This document shows, one piece after another, positions 18,188 to 27,902 of a DNA stretch of 64,000 nt. This DNA is from a virus. Where the stretch lies: IMG/VR virus record IMGVR_UViG_3300012953_000013, positions 32,001-96,000 of that record; one strand, given 5' to 3'. The notes below the pieces were generated by a model. It did no database searches. It was not told the origin of the DNA and worked only from the letters and a program-made list of their open reading frames with translations. Position 1 is the first letter of the stretch, and every line of letters starts with the position of its first letter. The position numbers and the translations under genes are program-made.

Positions 18188-18548
18188 TGGTGGAGGCGGC
18201 GGGAGTCGAACCCGCGTCCGCAATAGTCTAAGTTTGAGTCATTCACAAGCTTAGTTGATTAATTCCCTAACCAACAAGGTATCTCGAAAAAATCCATCCA
18301 TCCGCATCGAGAATTAGGATCCACCTGTTAAAACAGGGTAACCGATTTTTGATCTTATTTATTTCAGTGAGATCAACCACTTATCCTAAATTGGTTAGAT
18401 GGCCTTAGGAAGCCACCCGATTAAGCTGCTAGAGCGTATTCGTAATTGTCGTTATTGTTGGCAATTATAGTTGTTGAACTTTTAAGGTTGTATCTTACCT
18501 ACTTGCACTCTCCCCCGGATTCTACCCCGTCGAAACCGTGACGCCCCC
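18188..18548 (-). ncRNA. ssrA: tmRNA; tag ANNNDNYEYALAA (18421-18462)
   Basis: 5' GGGGGCGUCACGGUUUCGAC; 3' GGUUCGACUCCCGCCGCCUCCACCA with a G3:U70 pair; tag ORF ending in YALAA-stop. Confidence 0.96.
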
Positions 18549-18553
18549 TTAAA

Positions 18554-18616
18554 TTAACAGCAACTTTTGCATTCGCATGTGCAACATTCGCAGCACTTAC
18601 AATTTTGATTTTTCAT
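18554..18616 (-). CDS. 20-aa cysteine-rich, metallothionein-like peptide (not in ORF track)
   Basis: AAAGGAG RBS, then MKNQNCKCCECCTCECKSCC-stop (9 Cys); own promoter upstream. Confidence 0.75.
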   Translation of the reverse strand: MKNQNCKCCECCTCECKSCC

Positions 18617-18648
18617 ATCAAACTCCTTTTAAGCCGGTTGTATTTCTA

Positions 18649-18677
18649 ACTATACTCTGATTCTCCAAAATTTTCAA
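18649..18677 (-). promoter_or_regulatory. Sigma70-like promoter for the Cys-peptide and tmRNA
   Basis: TTGAAA-17 nt-TATAGT. Confidence 0.65.
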
Positions 18678-18818
18678 CTAATCAGAATCGTTTTTTATTT
18701 TAACTACGTCGCATTCCATCATAGAATATGCTACACCAGAAGCAACAATGGAGCCGTATATAGTGCCTGCTCCAAAAGCTAAGCTAATAAATCCTACTTG
18801 CATTAGCCATAGTTTCAT
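18678..18818 (-). CDS. 46-aa membrane peptide (not in ORF track)
   Basis: GAGGT RBS; MKLWLMQVGFISLAFGAGTIYGSIVASGVAYSMMECDVVKIKNDSD. Confidence 0.6.
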   Translation of the reverse strand: MKLWLMQVGFISLAFGAGTIYGSIVASGVAYSMMECDVVKIKNDSD

Positions 18819-18881
18819 TTTATACCTCGCACGCTCAAATTATAAATAAGCGTTGGTATAATTATAATTCATTAGAGTTGG

Positions 18882-19247
18882 ATGTACAGAGTGAATACGA
18901 TATTTGTAAACGACAGCCCAGTAGAAGTAGAAGTTGCTGATACTGACTTTAAGAGAGGTCTTGGGTTGATGTATCGAAGAGAACTTCCGGATACGCAGGG
19001 GATGTTTTTTATTTTTCCAGAAAACAAAGACCGCTCTTTTTGGATGAAAGACACTCATATACCACTCTCTATTGCATACATAAATGATAATGGGGTTATC
19101 ATCAACATCGAAGATATGGAACCACTCAGCCTTGACAGCGTGAACTCTAAACAGCCTTGCAGATACGCTTTAGAGATGAATAGAGGCTGGTTTAAAAAAA
19201 ATAACGTCTCAGTAGGCGATGAAATTAGAGGTTTCCATGGGTGGTGA
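18882..19247 (+). CDS. DUF192 family protein
   Basis: VEVADT...GLMYR..L....GMFF; FWMKDT.IPLSIAYI; YALEMNRG. Confidence 0.9.
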   Translation: MYRVNTIFVNDSPVEVEVADTDFKRGLGLMYRRELPDTQGMFFIFPENKDRSFWMKDTHIPLSIAYINDNGVIINIEDMEPLSLDSVNSKQPCRYALEMNRGWFKKNNVSVGDEIRGFHGW

Positions 19248-20040
19248 TTATAAAGTCTTGGGGTATATAAAACCAACTTCTTCTTTTCACACAATTGAAG
19301 ATTGGCAAAACGCTGCTTTAAGATTACTCGAGCTTCAAAAATATGGAATGGATACTAGGGGCGGCGAAATAAGTTGCAAAGATATGAAATTTTGCAGCGA
19401 TGAAGACTTTCAAGAATTTGTATCCATAGTTTCTAAGTATTTTGGACACTTACTCAAAACAGAAGTTCCAAGATACGATCTCTTAACAGAGAAAAATGTT
19501 CTTGATTTTATAGAAGACTTTGTCAACCACAGAGTCTGGGGATTAGAAAATGAATTCAACAGTTATTTTCCTGATATTGACGACTTGCGCTTTAGCTACT
19601 TTTATTCTCGTGGGGACATTGAACCGTATGTCCTCCTCGATGAAACCTATACGAATCAGATCTACGGATCGACGTGGAACCCGAAAATAGTAAATCACTA
19701 TACTAGCGAAAAGGGCTTGGCAAACTTACAAAACTCAATAAGCTCTGGAGAAAGATATGACATTTCTTCTTTCACTTACATGGAAAGACCATTTTTTAGA
19801 AAAGAGTCTACAATTTGTGTTACGCTAATTGGTAATGTAAGAGCTGCTTTTCGAAGTGATATAAAATCTCTATCTACTGACAGTGGAAGAAGAGCATGTA
19901 ATCTTTACAGACTTGAATATCCCGGGAAAGACATAAACAATATTTGTTTTGATTTAGATAGATGCGATAAAACAAAGAGAACTCACTTGTGGAATGAGTT
20001 TATAGTTACGCCAATCGAAATCTTAAAAATTCAAAAATAA
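19219..20040 (+). CDS. Hypothetical protein
   Basis: 273-aa ORF overlapping the DUF192 gene. Confidence 0.7.
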   Translation: MKLEVSMGGDYKVLGYIKPTSSFHTIEDWQNAALRLLELQKYGMDTRGGEISCKDMKFCSDEDFQEFVSIVSKYFGHLLKTEVPRYDLLTEKNVLDFIEDFVNHRVWGLENEFNSYFPDIDDLRFSYFYSRGDIEPYVLLDETYTNQIYGSTWNPKIVNHYTSEKGLANLQNSISSGERYDISSFTYMERPFFRKESTICVTLIGNVRAAFRSDIKSLSTDSGRRACNLYRLEYPGKDINNICFDLDRCDKTKRTHLWNEFIVTPIEILKIQK

Positions 20041-20396
20041 ACTTGAATCGCTAATATAAGAAAAGACAAGAGGATGCAAACCATTGTTTTTGCTGTCCAC
20101 ATAGACTCCCCCAATAGTGCCCAAGTTAAAATCGGAAAGACTAGATATGAAAGGCCGAAACCAATAAATCTAATCTGCCAAACACTGCCGCTCATTGCTT
20201 CATAGATAAGTCTAGAACCATAATAACCAAGCGCCCCAATTAGAGGTCCAATTACCATCGCAAAAGCTAACCCATGATTAGAGAAAAAAGATTCTAAAGA
20301 GCTATCTTTAATGAATTGGCCATTAGCTGAAAACCACACCAAAATGTGCAGCAAAACTATAAGGGAACTTCCAAACAAGAGTCCAGTTAAATTCAT
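20031..20396 (-). CDS. Four-TM membrane protein (SMR/DMT-like topology)
   Basis: Four hydrophobic helices; coupled to dnaJ. Confidence 0.65.
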   Translation of the reverse strand: MNLTGLLFGSSLIVLLHILVWFSANGQFIKDSSLESFFSNHGLAFAMVIGPLIGALGYYGSRLIYEAMSGSVWQIRFIGFGLSYLVFPILTWALLGESMWTAKTMVCILLSFLILAIQVYF

Positions 20397-21457
20397 AATA
20401 CTTCCCTCAAAGCTTTCATTGCTTCTTCCTGCTGTTTGTTTAGTTCTTTTGGTATCTCTACTTCAATATTTACGTAATGAATACCCTTATCACCCTTATG
20501 GTTCTCTACTCCAGCGCCTTGAATCATGAGAGTAGAACCGGGCTGGCATCCGCGAGGTACTCTTAACACCCAAACGTCATTCACAGTTTTTACTTTAATC
20601 TCTCCGCCAAGAGAAGCAGTTGTGAAACAGATTTTTTCTGTAGAATAAATGTCGCTATTTTTTCTAGTAAAACCAGAATAAGAAGAGGGAGAAACAACCT
20701 CTAAATAAACATCGCCTGGGGGTACTGTAGAATCTATAGAGTGACCAGCCTTAGAAAGTCTAATTTTTTGACCGGACTTTATCCCCTTTGGAATCTTTAT
20801 CTTTGTGCTTATTTGTTCTTCAGTTACACCTTGCCCCCTGCACGCAAAACAGGCTGGTGGTGGCTCTTTTCCAGAACCTCCGCAAGCGCGGCAAGTCGTT
20901 TGAATAACCATAGAACCGTGTCTTTGAGTTATTTGTCCAGCTCCATTACATTGGCGACAAATAGATAAATCACGCTTGGTATCGAATCCAAATCCATCGC
21001 ATCTTTGACAAGTTATTTGTCTCTTATATTGAACTTCGCTTTCACCGCCACTTATACAATCCATAAAGCTCAATCGAATTTTCAAGTGAAGCGGGGGATT
21101 CTTTTGGCGTTGGCTTCTTCTTTCTCTTCGGTGACCAGAACTTCGCTGCTGAGATCCGAAAAATTCACTGAAGATGTCTCCAAATCCGCCAAAATTTCCA
21201 AATCCACCGAAGGGATTTCGGCCATGGTCTGAGCTCATGTTAGAAAATGGATTAGGGTTATCATATTCAGATCTTTTCTGTTCATCAGAAAGCACTGCGT
21301 AGGCTTCAGATATCTTCTTAAATTTATCTTCCGCTACCTTGTTTCCAGAATTTTTATCTGGGTGGTATTTAACAGCTAATTTCCGATATGCTTTTTTTAT
21401 CTCACTTTGAGTGGCATTCTTATTAACCCCTAAAATAGTGTAAAAATCTTCCATCAC
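20393..21457 (-). CDS. dnaJ: Co-chaperone DnaJ (class A)
   Basis: J-domain with HPD, G/F-rich linker, four CxxCxGxG repeats, C-terminal domain. Confidence 0.96.
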   Translation of the reverse strand: MMEDFYTILGVNKNATQSEIKKAYRKLAVKYHPDKNSGNKVAEDKFKKISEAYAVLSDEQKRSEYDNPNPFSNMSSDHGRNPFGGFGNFGGFGDIFSEFFGSQQRSSGHRRERRSQRQKNPPLHLKIRLSFMDCISGGESEVQYKRQITCQRCDGFGFDTKRDLSICRQCNGAGQITQRHGSMVIQTTCRACGGSGKEPPPACFACRGQGVTEEQISTKIKIPKGIKSGQKIRLSKAGHSIDSTVPPGDVYLEVVSPSSYSGFTRKNSDIYSTEKICFTTASLGGEIKVKTVNDVWVLRVPRGCQPGSTLMIQGAGVENHKGDKGIHYVNIEVEIPKELNKQQEEAMKALREVL

Positions 21458-21741
21458 ACAACTCTCTTAAGATATTTTGCTGGGACTGCTTTATACAAAG
21501 TGTTTTCAAACAACAGATCAACACAAAGAATCAAAGAATTTACTATAAACATTCTTCCGTGGCGATTATTTTGGTGAATAGTAGGTTGTTCATGTTCATA
21601 AGGAGACGTCATGACAATAAGAAAATCCCCCTCTTTTAAAAGCTTAAGAGAAGTGAATAATTCTTCTTGAATTTCTGTCGCGGTCATAGATTCAACTGAT
21701 GGTAAATTTAATTGAACCAAGTCCCCTTTTTTAATAGCCAT
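21454..21741 (-). CDS. Hypothetical protein
   Basis: 95 aa, tightly coupled to its neighbours. Confidence 0.6.
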   Translation of the reverse strand: MAIKKGDLVQLNLPSVESMTATEIQEELFTSLKLLKEGDFLIVMTSPYEHEQPTIHQNNRHGRMFIVNSLILCVDLLFENTLYKAVPAKYLKRVV

Positions 21742-22098
21742 TTAAAACCTCAACTCTTCCCAATCGCCATTCCAATTGGTATACTTTACTTTCTTAATAC
21801 CAGACTTGCGGAGTTCTTTCTCACAAAACTTACATGGCTTAGCCATTGTAAACTCATGATTGCATTTATTAAACCGCATAACTTCAATTTCATCTCCCGG
21901 CTCTGCAAATCGCAAAACATTCATTTCTGCGTGCATATGAGATGCCCAGGTGCCGTCAGCGTAACGCCTCTTGAACCTTGGGTGAGTTTTATCAGTATTT
22001 TCACCAACCCTCACAACCTTTCCGTTACGGCGCAAGATTGCTGCTAGGTGATAAGTGCGACCATTATTGATAGCTAAATCTTTAGCTCGATAATACAC
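21742..22098 (-). CDS. Zn-dependent deaminase (CMP/dCMP deaminase fold)
   Basis: HAE and AKPCKFC motifs. Confidence 0.85.
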   Translation of the reverse strand: MYYRAKDLAINNGRTYHLAAILRRNGKVVRVGENTDKTHPRFKRRYADGTWASHMHAEMNVLRFAEPGDEIEVMRFNKCNHEFTMAKPCKFCEKELRKSGIKKVKYTNWNGDWEELRF

Positions 22099-22122
22099 TT
22101 GGCATAGTTACCTCCTCAATTA

Positions 22123-22151
22123 ATCATATCAAAAGAGAAGGAAGTGTTCAA
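22123..22151 (-). promoter_or_regulatory. Sigma70-like promoter
   Basis: TTGAAC-17 nt-TATGAT followed by GAGGAGG. Confidence 0.65.
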
Positions 22152-22364
22152 CTAAAGTTGGCATCCGGAGGTGGAATCAATTATGTCTTTGACATTTATT
22201 AGCTGATCGTCTATCATCATTAGGGGGATCAACTGAGTATCAGAGTGTTGGGCAGGGCCTATAACTTCGATAGGGTGTTGGATTTGTTTACCATACACAA
22301 AAGAATTAACTGCCCAAAGCAAAATAAACGTAGACAGCAACATAGAGACTTTAAGAAACTTCAT
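22152..22364 (-). CDS. Small secreted or membrane hypothetical protein
   Basis: N-terminal signal-like helix. Confidence 0.55.
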   Translation of the reverse strand: MKFLKVSMLLSTFILLWAVNSFVYGKQIQHPIEVIGPAQHSDTQLIPLMMIDDQLINVKDIIDSTSGCQL

Positions 22365-22399
22365 AACTAGAAACCCTTTATAATATTCCTATATATTAC

Positions 22400-24199
22400 T
22401 TACAGTTTAATTCTATCAATAACTGGATTGTAAGAATAACTAAGTTCACGATAAAGTTTTTTGATTACTTTCTTAGTTATTTCAAGAACGGCTCCTTCGA
22501 GCTGCTTTCCTTTTAATTCACGGCCCATTTCATCTTTGGCCATTTCAAGAATCATTTTTTGAAACTTAGAAGACTTGAGCTCTTTTTGAAGATTTTTTTG
22601 AAAGTCTTTGTTTTGTTGGACTCTATCAGCTTCGATTCTCTTTACGATCATTTTTTCGATTTCTTTTTTATCAGATCTTGTGAGTTCTTCATTTATAAGC
22701 TGGAGGAGTCTTCGAGATCTTCTCTTGTTTTCACTAAGGATAACTTCCATTGCTGCTTTATTTTTAACGCCATTTTCTACAGCGCTTTTAATCTTGTTTA
22801 AATCAGATAAAAATTCCATAACTGTTAGGCTGGATCCAATTTGAGATAAAACGTGGTTTTTTGCTGTGTTTGAGACATTTGAAGCTTCTAGAAATTTAAT
22901 AAAAGCTTCACCTCTTGCTGGCCAAGAAGAAGGGTCTAGTGGTTTAAGAAGATTTTCCCATGCAGCATTAACTCCTAAATCATCAGCTCCAATCGCATAA
23001 CTCCTAGCTTCTTCACCCCGGTTAGCATAAGCAGATTTAAGAGCATCTTTCAGGCTTTTTGAGTAAGGAAGGCCCGGGCTTCCAGCTATAACAGAAGCTA
23101 TATCTACAATTTCTCTTTGTTCTAAATCAGACTCTCCAGCTTCAATTTTTATAATCTCTTGCACAACACTTTGAGGAGAAGCTTCGATTAAAGAAGGGTA
23201 ATTCGCTGCTGCAAATTGGGCAGGTCCCCCAATTTGAAAATTATACGTTATTCTGCCGCTAGACTGCTGGCTGTTTGGATAAGGTGGTAGTCTTAAGGAA
23301 TTACTACTCAAATTTTCTACTTGAAAATTTCCGTTGCCCGTAATCAAAACTATATATTTTTCATCACTTCTTTCTCCTCTGACAAGAGACATTTTAGCAA
23401 TATTAGCAACATACCAGCTGATTATGGCTTTTACTTTATCATAGTCTTGAAAATCTACGGGGGATTGGCCATCTAACGTGGCGTCTATCAGTTCGTTATA
23501 AGTCCCTTTTCCTCCAAAAACTTCTGTCACTGAGTCTTGAATAAAGTTAAAGAGATCAGATTCTTCTGGAGGGGTAGTTTGAAATAACTGCTGTATGTAA
23601 ACTGAGCTGTTGGCGTTAGTTGGACCTTTAATTCCCTTTGAGGTATCTGCAAAATATTTTACGTGATACTCTGTAGAACCTTTTTTCAAATCTGCATCTT
23701 CGGGCCCACCATCTCCCGGATCTAATCCATGGAGAAGGCCAAACAAAAGCTCGCCTCTACCAATAGATGGTTGGGGTCCTCCCGCTATATTCATCACCCA
23801 ATCTGTACCAGGAGGGGCTTTAGATTTTCCAACTCCGGGAGCTCCCATTCCTCCCTTATTTAAAGTATCGTATAGAGAAGGATTTTCTATTTTTAAAACT
23901 GACCACTTTTTAGCAAAATATTTTGTAACAGGCCCCTCAGCATTTTTGCCGTCTATGTGAGCGCAAACATCTTTTGCTAGCTCCGGAATATCTTCGATAG
24001 ATACGGGAGCTGCTTCATTTGGAATCATACCAGAAGACTTAAGAGAATCAGTAACTTCAGAAGCTGTTTTTCCAGGAGAAGAAACAAAAGTGTCGTCGCC
24101 AACTTCAATAGAAATAGTCTCTTTTAAAAGCTTGTCTACTAAGCTATCAACATTTGGAGCTCTATCCCAAACTATAGGGTTTTTAGACTTCATGGTCAC
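22400..24199 (-). CDS. Large hypothetical protein, possibly with a PD-(D/E)XK-like domain and virion-type C-terminus
   Basis: IGRGELL...DADL.....YHVK segment; C-terminal LSE/INEE motifs. Confidence 0.55.
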   Translation of the reverse strand: MTMKSKNPIVWDRAPNVDSLVDKLLKETISIEVGDDTFVSSPGKTASEVTDSLKSSGMIPNEAAPVSIEDIPELAKDVCAHIDGKNAEGPVTKYFAKKWSVLKIENPSLYDTLNKGGMGAPGVGKSKAPPGTDWVMNIAGGPQPSIGRGELLFGLLHGLDPGDGGPEDADLKKGSTEYHVKYFADTSKGIKGPTNANSSVYIQQLFQTTPPEESDLFNFIQDSVTEVFGGKGTYNELIDATLDGQSPVDFQDYDKVKAIISWYVANIAKMSLVRGERSDEKYIVLITGNGNFQVENLSSNSLRLPPYPNSQQSSGRITYNFQIGGPAQFAAANYPSLIEASPQSVVQEIIKIEAGESDLEQREIVDIASVIAGSPGLPYSKSLKDALKSAYANRGEEARSYAIGADDLGVNAAWENLLKPLDPSSWPARGEAFIKFLEASNVSNTAKNHVLSQIGSSLTVMEFLSDLNKIKSAVENGVKNKAAMEVILSENKRRSRRLLQLINEELTRSDKKEIEKMIVKRIEADRVQQNKDFQKNLQKELKSSKFQKMILEMAKDEMGRELKGKQLEGAVLEITKKVIKKLYRELSYSYNPVIDRIKL

Positions 24200-24215
24200 C
24201 TTCCACTATTAATTA

Positions 24216-24602
24216 TTACGATAGTCTAGGATAATAAACAAATTCTATTGTGTTTCCATCCGGATCTGTTATATAGTGATACGCAGAACCGTCTCTGTGG
24301 TAAGATGGACTGTTTGATGGTATATCACTCAACTCTTTTACTTCAAAGCCCAGATGAGGTGGATGCTGTGAGGCAACTGTAAGAGCTATCTTAGATTCAC
24401 CAACTTTCAACATTGCCCAGGAATCATCTTCATAAATCACATCTGCCCCGAGGTTTTCTTTATACCACGAGGCAGAACTATTAATGTTATCAACATTAAG
24501 AGCTACATGATCAAGGCGCGTCACCTTCTTCTTCAATTCCGATTCGGCCGTCAAATTGGCTTTGGTATATAATTCTTCCTGCATTAGTCCTCGCATTTTC
24601 AA
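24216..24602 (-). CDS. VOC/glyoxalase family protein
   Basis: LDHVAL.V; HLGF; DPDGNTIE. Confidence 0.88.
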   Translation of the reverse strand: MKMRGLMQEELYTKANLTAESELKKKVTRLDHVALNVDNINSSASWYKENLGADVIYEDDSWAMLKVGESKIALTVASQHPPHLGFEVKELSDIPSNSPSYHRDGSAYHYITDPDGNTIEFVYYPRLS

Positions 24603-24738
24603 TTATATCTAAAGCTTCTGTGTATGTACAGCCGTGCTTCAAAAATTCTGATATTCCGTAGCTTAAAACTTCTAGAGAGGTCTCAGCGTCTAGTATTCGC
24701 TGGCCTTTTGCTTTTTCATATAGTTCTTCAAATTCCAT
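24511..24738 (-). CDS. Hypothetical protein
   Basis: 75 aa with GGAG RBS; overlaps the annotated VOC 5' end, so the VOC start may lie further downstream. Confidence 0.5.
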   Translation of the reverse strand: MEFEELYEKAKGQRILDAETSLEVLSYGISEFLKHGCTYTEALDIIENARTNAGRIIYQSQFDGRIGIEEEGDAP

Positions 24739-24771
24739 AATAATTCTCCCGAGAATATAAATATTCCGCCC

Positions 24772-25029
24772 TTATTCAAACATCACGGATGTTTCAAAAT
24801 ATGCCATGGCAGAAATATCGTCCCAGTTATTTTCTTTTTGTAGATCTTCAAATAGTTCTTGAAACTCCGAAGGGTCCAATCTACAAATTTCCATAGTTCT
24901 TTCTTTGATTTTTTCTTTTGCTTCCATGAGCTGTTGAGGTCCCAAAAGAGAAAATCTACTAATAACGTATCTAAACATTCTGACTTTTTCTGATTCTATT
25001 TCGTGCATCGACATAATGACCTCCATCAC
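24772..25029 (-). CDS. Hypothetical protein
   Basis: 85 aa; preceded by TATATTTA. Confidence 0.6.
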   Translation of the reverse strand: MMEVIMSMHEIESEKVRMFRYVISRFSLLGPQQLMEAKEKIKERTMEICRLDPSEFQELFEDLQKENNWDDISAMAYFETSVMFE

Positions 25030-25050
25030 GAAACTAAATATATCTCTAAG

Positions 25051-25704
25051 CTATTTCTTTCTCAAGTTCTTCTTTCGGATCTTCTTCCGCTTTTTAATCT
25101 CTTGAGCTGACAGATGAGATTTTTTCTTCACTCGGCCAATCGAGGGTTTATCTAAACCATCCATTTCTCTTTGCTTTCTAGCAGAACGCAAGATCTGTTT
25201 TCTAATCTTCCTCTTATACATATCAGCTGAAAACTTGTTGGCCCTGTCAAAAATCGTCTTGCCATCTAAATGATCAGCTTCGTGCTGAACCGCTAAAGAA
25301 AGTGGCGGCTCTAGATCTATTTTTTTTCTTTCTCCAGAAATATTATCGTATTCCAAAGTTATATTTTCGTGTCTTGTAACGCTTAGTTTCGCTAAAGGAA
25401 CAGAAAGACAGGCTTCTTGCCATTTCCACTCTCCTTCTTCATTACTAAACTCAGGATTTGCTATAACCCAAAAATTTGAGTCTCCTATCTCAGCATCAGG
25501 ATTAACAGCGTCAAACCTAGATGTGTCGATAACAAAAACTCTCTTGGAGATATTAACCTGGGGAGCTGCTAAGCCAGCACCGGGGATAATCTTAAGTGTA
25601 TCTATTAAGTCTGTAGAAATCCACTTGATCTCTTCAAGATCCGCTGTTTCGGCTTTTTTACTCAAGCATTTAGCCGGCCACTGTTTAATAGTTCTAAAAG
25701 GCAT
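25051..25704 (-). CDS. def: Peptide deformylase with a long Lys/Arg-rich tail
   Basis: GAGLAAPQ, EACLS and QHEADH motifs. Confidence 0.93.
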   Translation of the reverse strand: MPFRTIKQWPAKCLSKKAETADLEEIKWISTDLIDTLKIIPGAGLAAPQVNISKRVFVIDTSRFDAVNPDAEIGDSNFWVIANPEFSNEEGEWKWQEACLSVPLAKLSVTRHENITLEYDNISGERKKIDLEPPLSLAVQHEADHLDGKTIFDRANKFSADMYKRKIRKQILRSARKQREMDGLDKPSIGRVKKKSHLSAQEIKKRKKIRKKNLRKK

Positions 25705-25875
25705 TTACTCCTCCTCGTTATCTTTTTTTGTAACTAATGGAAAGGCGCAAAGCGCGCCGTTTAAAACTGCTAAAGCTGATAGCTCCATGCTGTCAAGAGC
25801 TATACCGAAAAATAAAAGACAACAGTTTATTCCTATTGCAAAATATAATATGGATTCTGGTACTTTAAAATTCAT
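25705..25875 (-). CDS. 56-aa two-TM peptide (not in ORF track)
   Basis: MNFKVPESILYFAIGINCCLLFFGIALDSMELSALAVLNGALCAFPLVTKKDNEEE; TGATG and TAATG coupling to both neighbours. Confidence 0.65.
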   Translation of the reverse strand: MNFKVPESILYFAIGINCCLLFFGIALDSMELSALAVLNGALCAFPLVTKKDNEEE

Positions 25876-26117
25876 CAATGAAAATCTTCATCATCAGGCT
25901 CTTCAAACTCTATCGTAGAATTAATTGCTCCGCAAGCGCCGCACTGATAATTATTAATCTCTGTGTTAGATTCGAATATTAAATTAGCGTCACTAACCAT
26001 AGAGACAAACTGAATCCACTCTTCAAAAGTAAATTTAAGAACCAGCGATTCTCCAACTGGAAAGATGACCAAATTATTCTGGCCATCTATTACTATCCCG
26101 TTTTCTAAACTGATCAT
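25875..26117 (-). CDS. Hypothetical protein with CxxC
   Basis: 80 aa; CGAC. Confidence 0.6.
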   Translation of the reverse strand: MISLENGIVIDGQNNLVIFPVGESLVLKFTFEEWIQFVSMVSDANLIFESNTEINNYQCGACGAINSTIEFEEPDDEDFH

Positions 26118-26120
26118 ACT

Positions 26121-26507
26121 CTACTCTGGATTATCGGTTTGAGTTTTGGGAGCTGTTTTCGTTGTTCTTTTTTTACGAGGTTTTCTTTTTGAGATATCAG
26201 TTTTTTGAGCTGTACTTGTTTTTTTACGACGAGTATATTTTCTTTTTGGTTTTACAGAAGGTTTTTCTTCTGGGATTTCTTCAACTTCTATCTTTTCTAA
26301 AATCTTAGAAGGAGTTGGCTCTAAAGTAATTTGAGCTTTTTCTTCACGGACAAACAAGTGTTCCACCTCTGACTCTAGAGGTGGAACACAGTCTCCAGTA
26401 TTGATTCTAGAGAGAAGTTGCTCGTAGCTTCTAATATCCCTACTTTTAAAGTAGGAAACTAAATCTAACTTACGTATTTTTACATAGTCTTTCCAAGCAA
26501 GAGCCAT
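26121..26507 (-). CDS. Hypothetical protein with Lys/Arg-rich C-terminal tail
   Basis: KPKRKYTRRKK...KRKPRKKR. Confidence 0.7.
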   Translation of the reverse strand: MALAWKDYVKIRKLDLVSYFKSRDIRSYEQLLSRINTGDCVPPLESEVEHLFVREEKAQITLEPTPSKILEKIEVEEIPEEKPSVKPKRKYTRRKKTSTAQKTDISKRKPRKKRTTKTAPKTQTDNPE

Positions 26508-26541
26508 TTTTTCTCCTAAGCATAATCAAAAAATCATACTA

Positions 26542-26817
26542 TTAAATATCAATATATTCATGAATGATCTCTTGTACACATGACTGAAATCTCGGATCGT
26601 TAGCCAGCTTTTGAGCATCTGGCCCACCGTATTCTTCTGTGATTGGCTTTGCAATCTTTTGCATAGCTCTCAAGAAAATATTTCTAGCGGTAGAATGATT
26701 CATATTGTGACCATCTTCTGTCATTTTTTCAGCAATTTCTCGATATCCTAAGCACCCGTCTTGGCTACTAACAGTTGCATATCCAGTTTCTACTTTATGT
26801 CCTTTTGGCATACTCAT
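26542..26817 (-). CDS. Sigma region-4.2-like helix-turn-helix protein (putative second half of a split sigma factor)
   Basis: ATG overlaps the sigma stop (TAATG) after GAGGTG; LGYREIAEKM...NHSTARNIFLRAMQKI aligns with TLEEVG...TRERIRQIEAKALRKL. Confidence 0.65.
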   Translation of the reverse strand: MSMPKGHKVETGYATVSSQDGCLGYREIAEKMTEDGHNMNHSTARNIFLRAMQKIAKPITEEYGGPDAQKLANDPRFQSCVQEIIHEYIDI

Positions 26818-27578
26818 TACAAACACCTCTCGTTTAGTTGTTTAAGTTCTTTTTTAGTGATTGGAAAATTTTCATGATCGTTTGGTTCTTCTTCAATTCC
26901 AAAGCGAAGCCGCACGACCAATTCTTCTCTCTTAGAAAGAGAGCCTAAAGACTGTCTAATTAGACTTGCAAGTTCTTCTCTTTCAAGCTTAGACTCCATA
27001 GACTCGCTTTCGTCTGGAATGATTTCTGAAATTCGGCGTCCGCCATCATCATTCCATGAGACTGTTGCATCGATAGAAATTGCAGGCCGAGCGCTTTTAA
27101 TAATAGAGTCCAAAGTAGACTTCTTTACGCCCAAAATATCTGCAACTTCTTCTGGAGTCGGCTCAACTCCAAACTCTTCTTCGTACTCTTCTTTGACGAC
27201 TTTCATCTTCCACAACAACCCGCGAGCGTGAGTTGGAAGTTTGATCTGTCCAGTGTTTGAAGAAACATGCTTTCGAAGTGCTTGCTTAATCCACCAAACT
27301 GCATAGGTGCTAAACTTAAAGCCCTTTCGCCAATCGAAACGATCAACAGCCTTAATAAGACCTAAACTAGACTCTTGGATAAGGTCTTCTAGTTTGCAAC
27401 CAGTGTTTGTATAGTTTTTTGCTAGGCTGATTGCTAGCCGAAGATTGGCTTCAATCATGTGATTTCTAGCAGCTAAGTCGCCCTTTTCAATTCTTTGAGC
27501 TAGCTCAACTTCTTGCGATTTAGTAAGAAGATCTCTCTTTCCTACTTCTTTGAAAAATGAAGATAATTCATTACTCAT
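26817..27578 (-). CDS. RpoD/SigA-like sigma factor truncated in region 4
   Basis: Region 1.2 LLTKSQEVELA; region 2 EANLRL, DLIQE, FDWRKGFKFSTYAVWWIKQ; region 3; region 4.1 LSKREELVVRLRFG; no 4.2 helix. Confidence 0.92.
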   Translation of the reverse strand: MSNELSSFFKEVGKRDLLTKSQEVELAQRIEKGDLAARNHMIEANLRLAISLAKNYTNTGCKLEDLIQESSLGLIKAVDRFDWRKGFKFSTYAVWWIKQALRKHVSSNTGQIKLPTHARGLLWKMKVVKEEYEEEFGVEPTPEEVADILGVKKSTLDSIIKSARPAISIDATVSWNDDGGRRISEIIPDESESMESKLEREELASLIRQSLGSLSKREELVVRLRFGIEEEPNDHENFPITKKELKQLNERCL

Positions 27579-27620
27579 ATTTTTTCCTTGTTTTAAATGT
27601 TTAAATTGTTAATTGTTTAT

Positions 27621-27878
27621 TTATCTGCGGGTGTTCTTGCGAGGTCGCCTCCCTTCCATGAATTTTTGATGAGCTTCCTTACGAGCTCTGCGAATATTCA
27701 GCTCTCGCTGAAGATAACACAGTTCTGTTTCTAGCTTAACCCGCTTTTTATGAGAAAACTTGTTCCCATTCAGCAGCTTTCGCAGAGTGTTGTACTGGCG
27801 ATCCAGATCACCATCAGAAATACGACCGAGCTCCCTCTTTTCAGACTCCAAAGTGCACCTCCTATTCAAATTATGCAC
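27621..27878 (-). CDS. Hypothetical basic helical protein
   Basis: 85 aa; GAGG RBS; first gene of the sigma operon. Confidence 0.7.
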   Translation of the reverse strand: MHNLNRRCTLESEKRELGRISDGDLDRQYNTLRKLLNGNKFSHKKRVKLETELCYLQRELNIRRARKEAHQKFMEGRRPRKNTRR

Positions 27879-27902
27879 GTCTAAACCTCACCTTGTATAG
27901 AT

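Noticed and set aside
26810-26860. Programmed -1 frameshift fusing the two sigma pieces at AAAAAAG
   Set aside because: The run reads AAA AAA G in the sigma frame, not A AAA AAG, and the -1 frame has a TAA just downstream.
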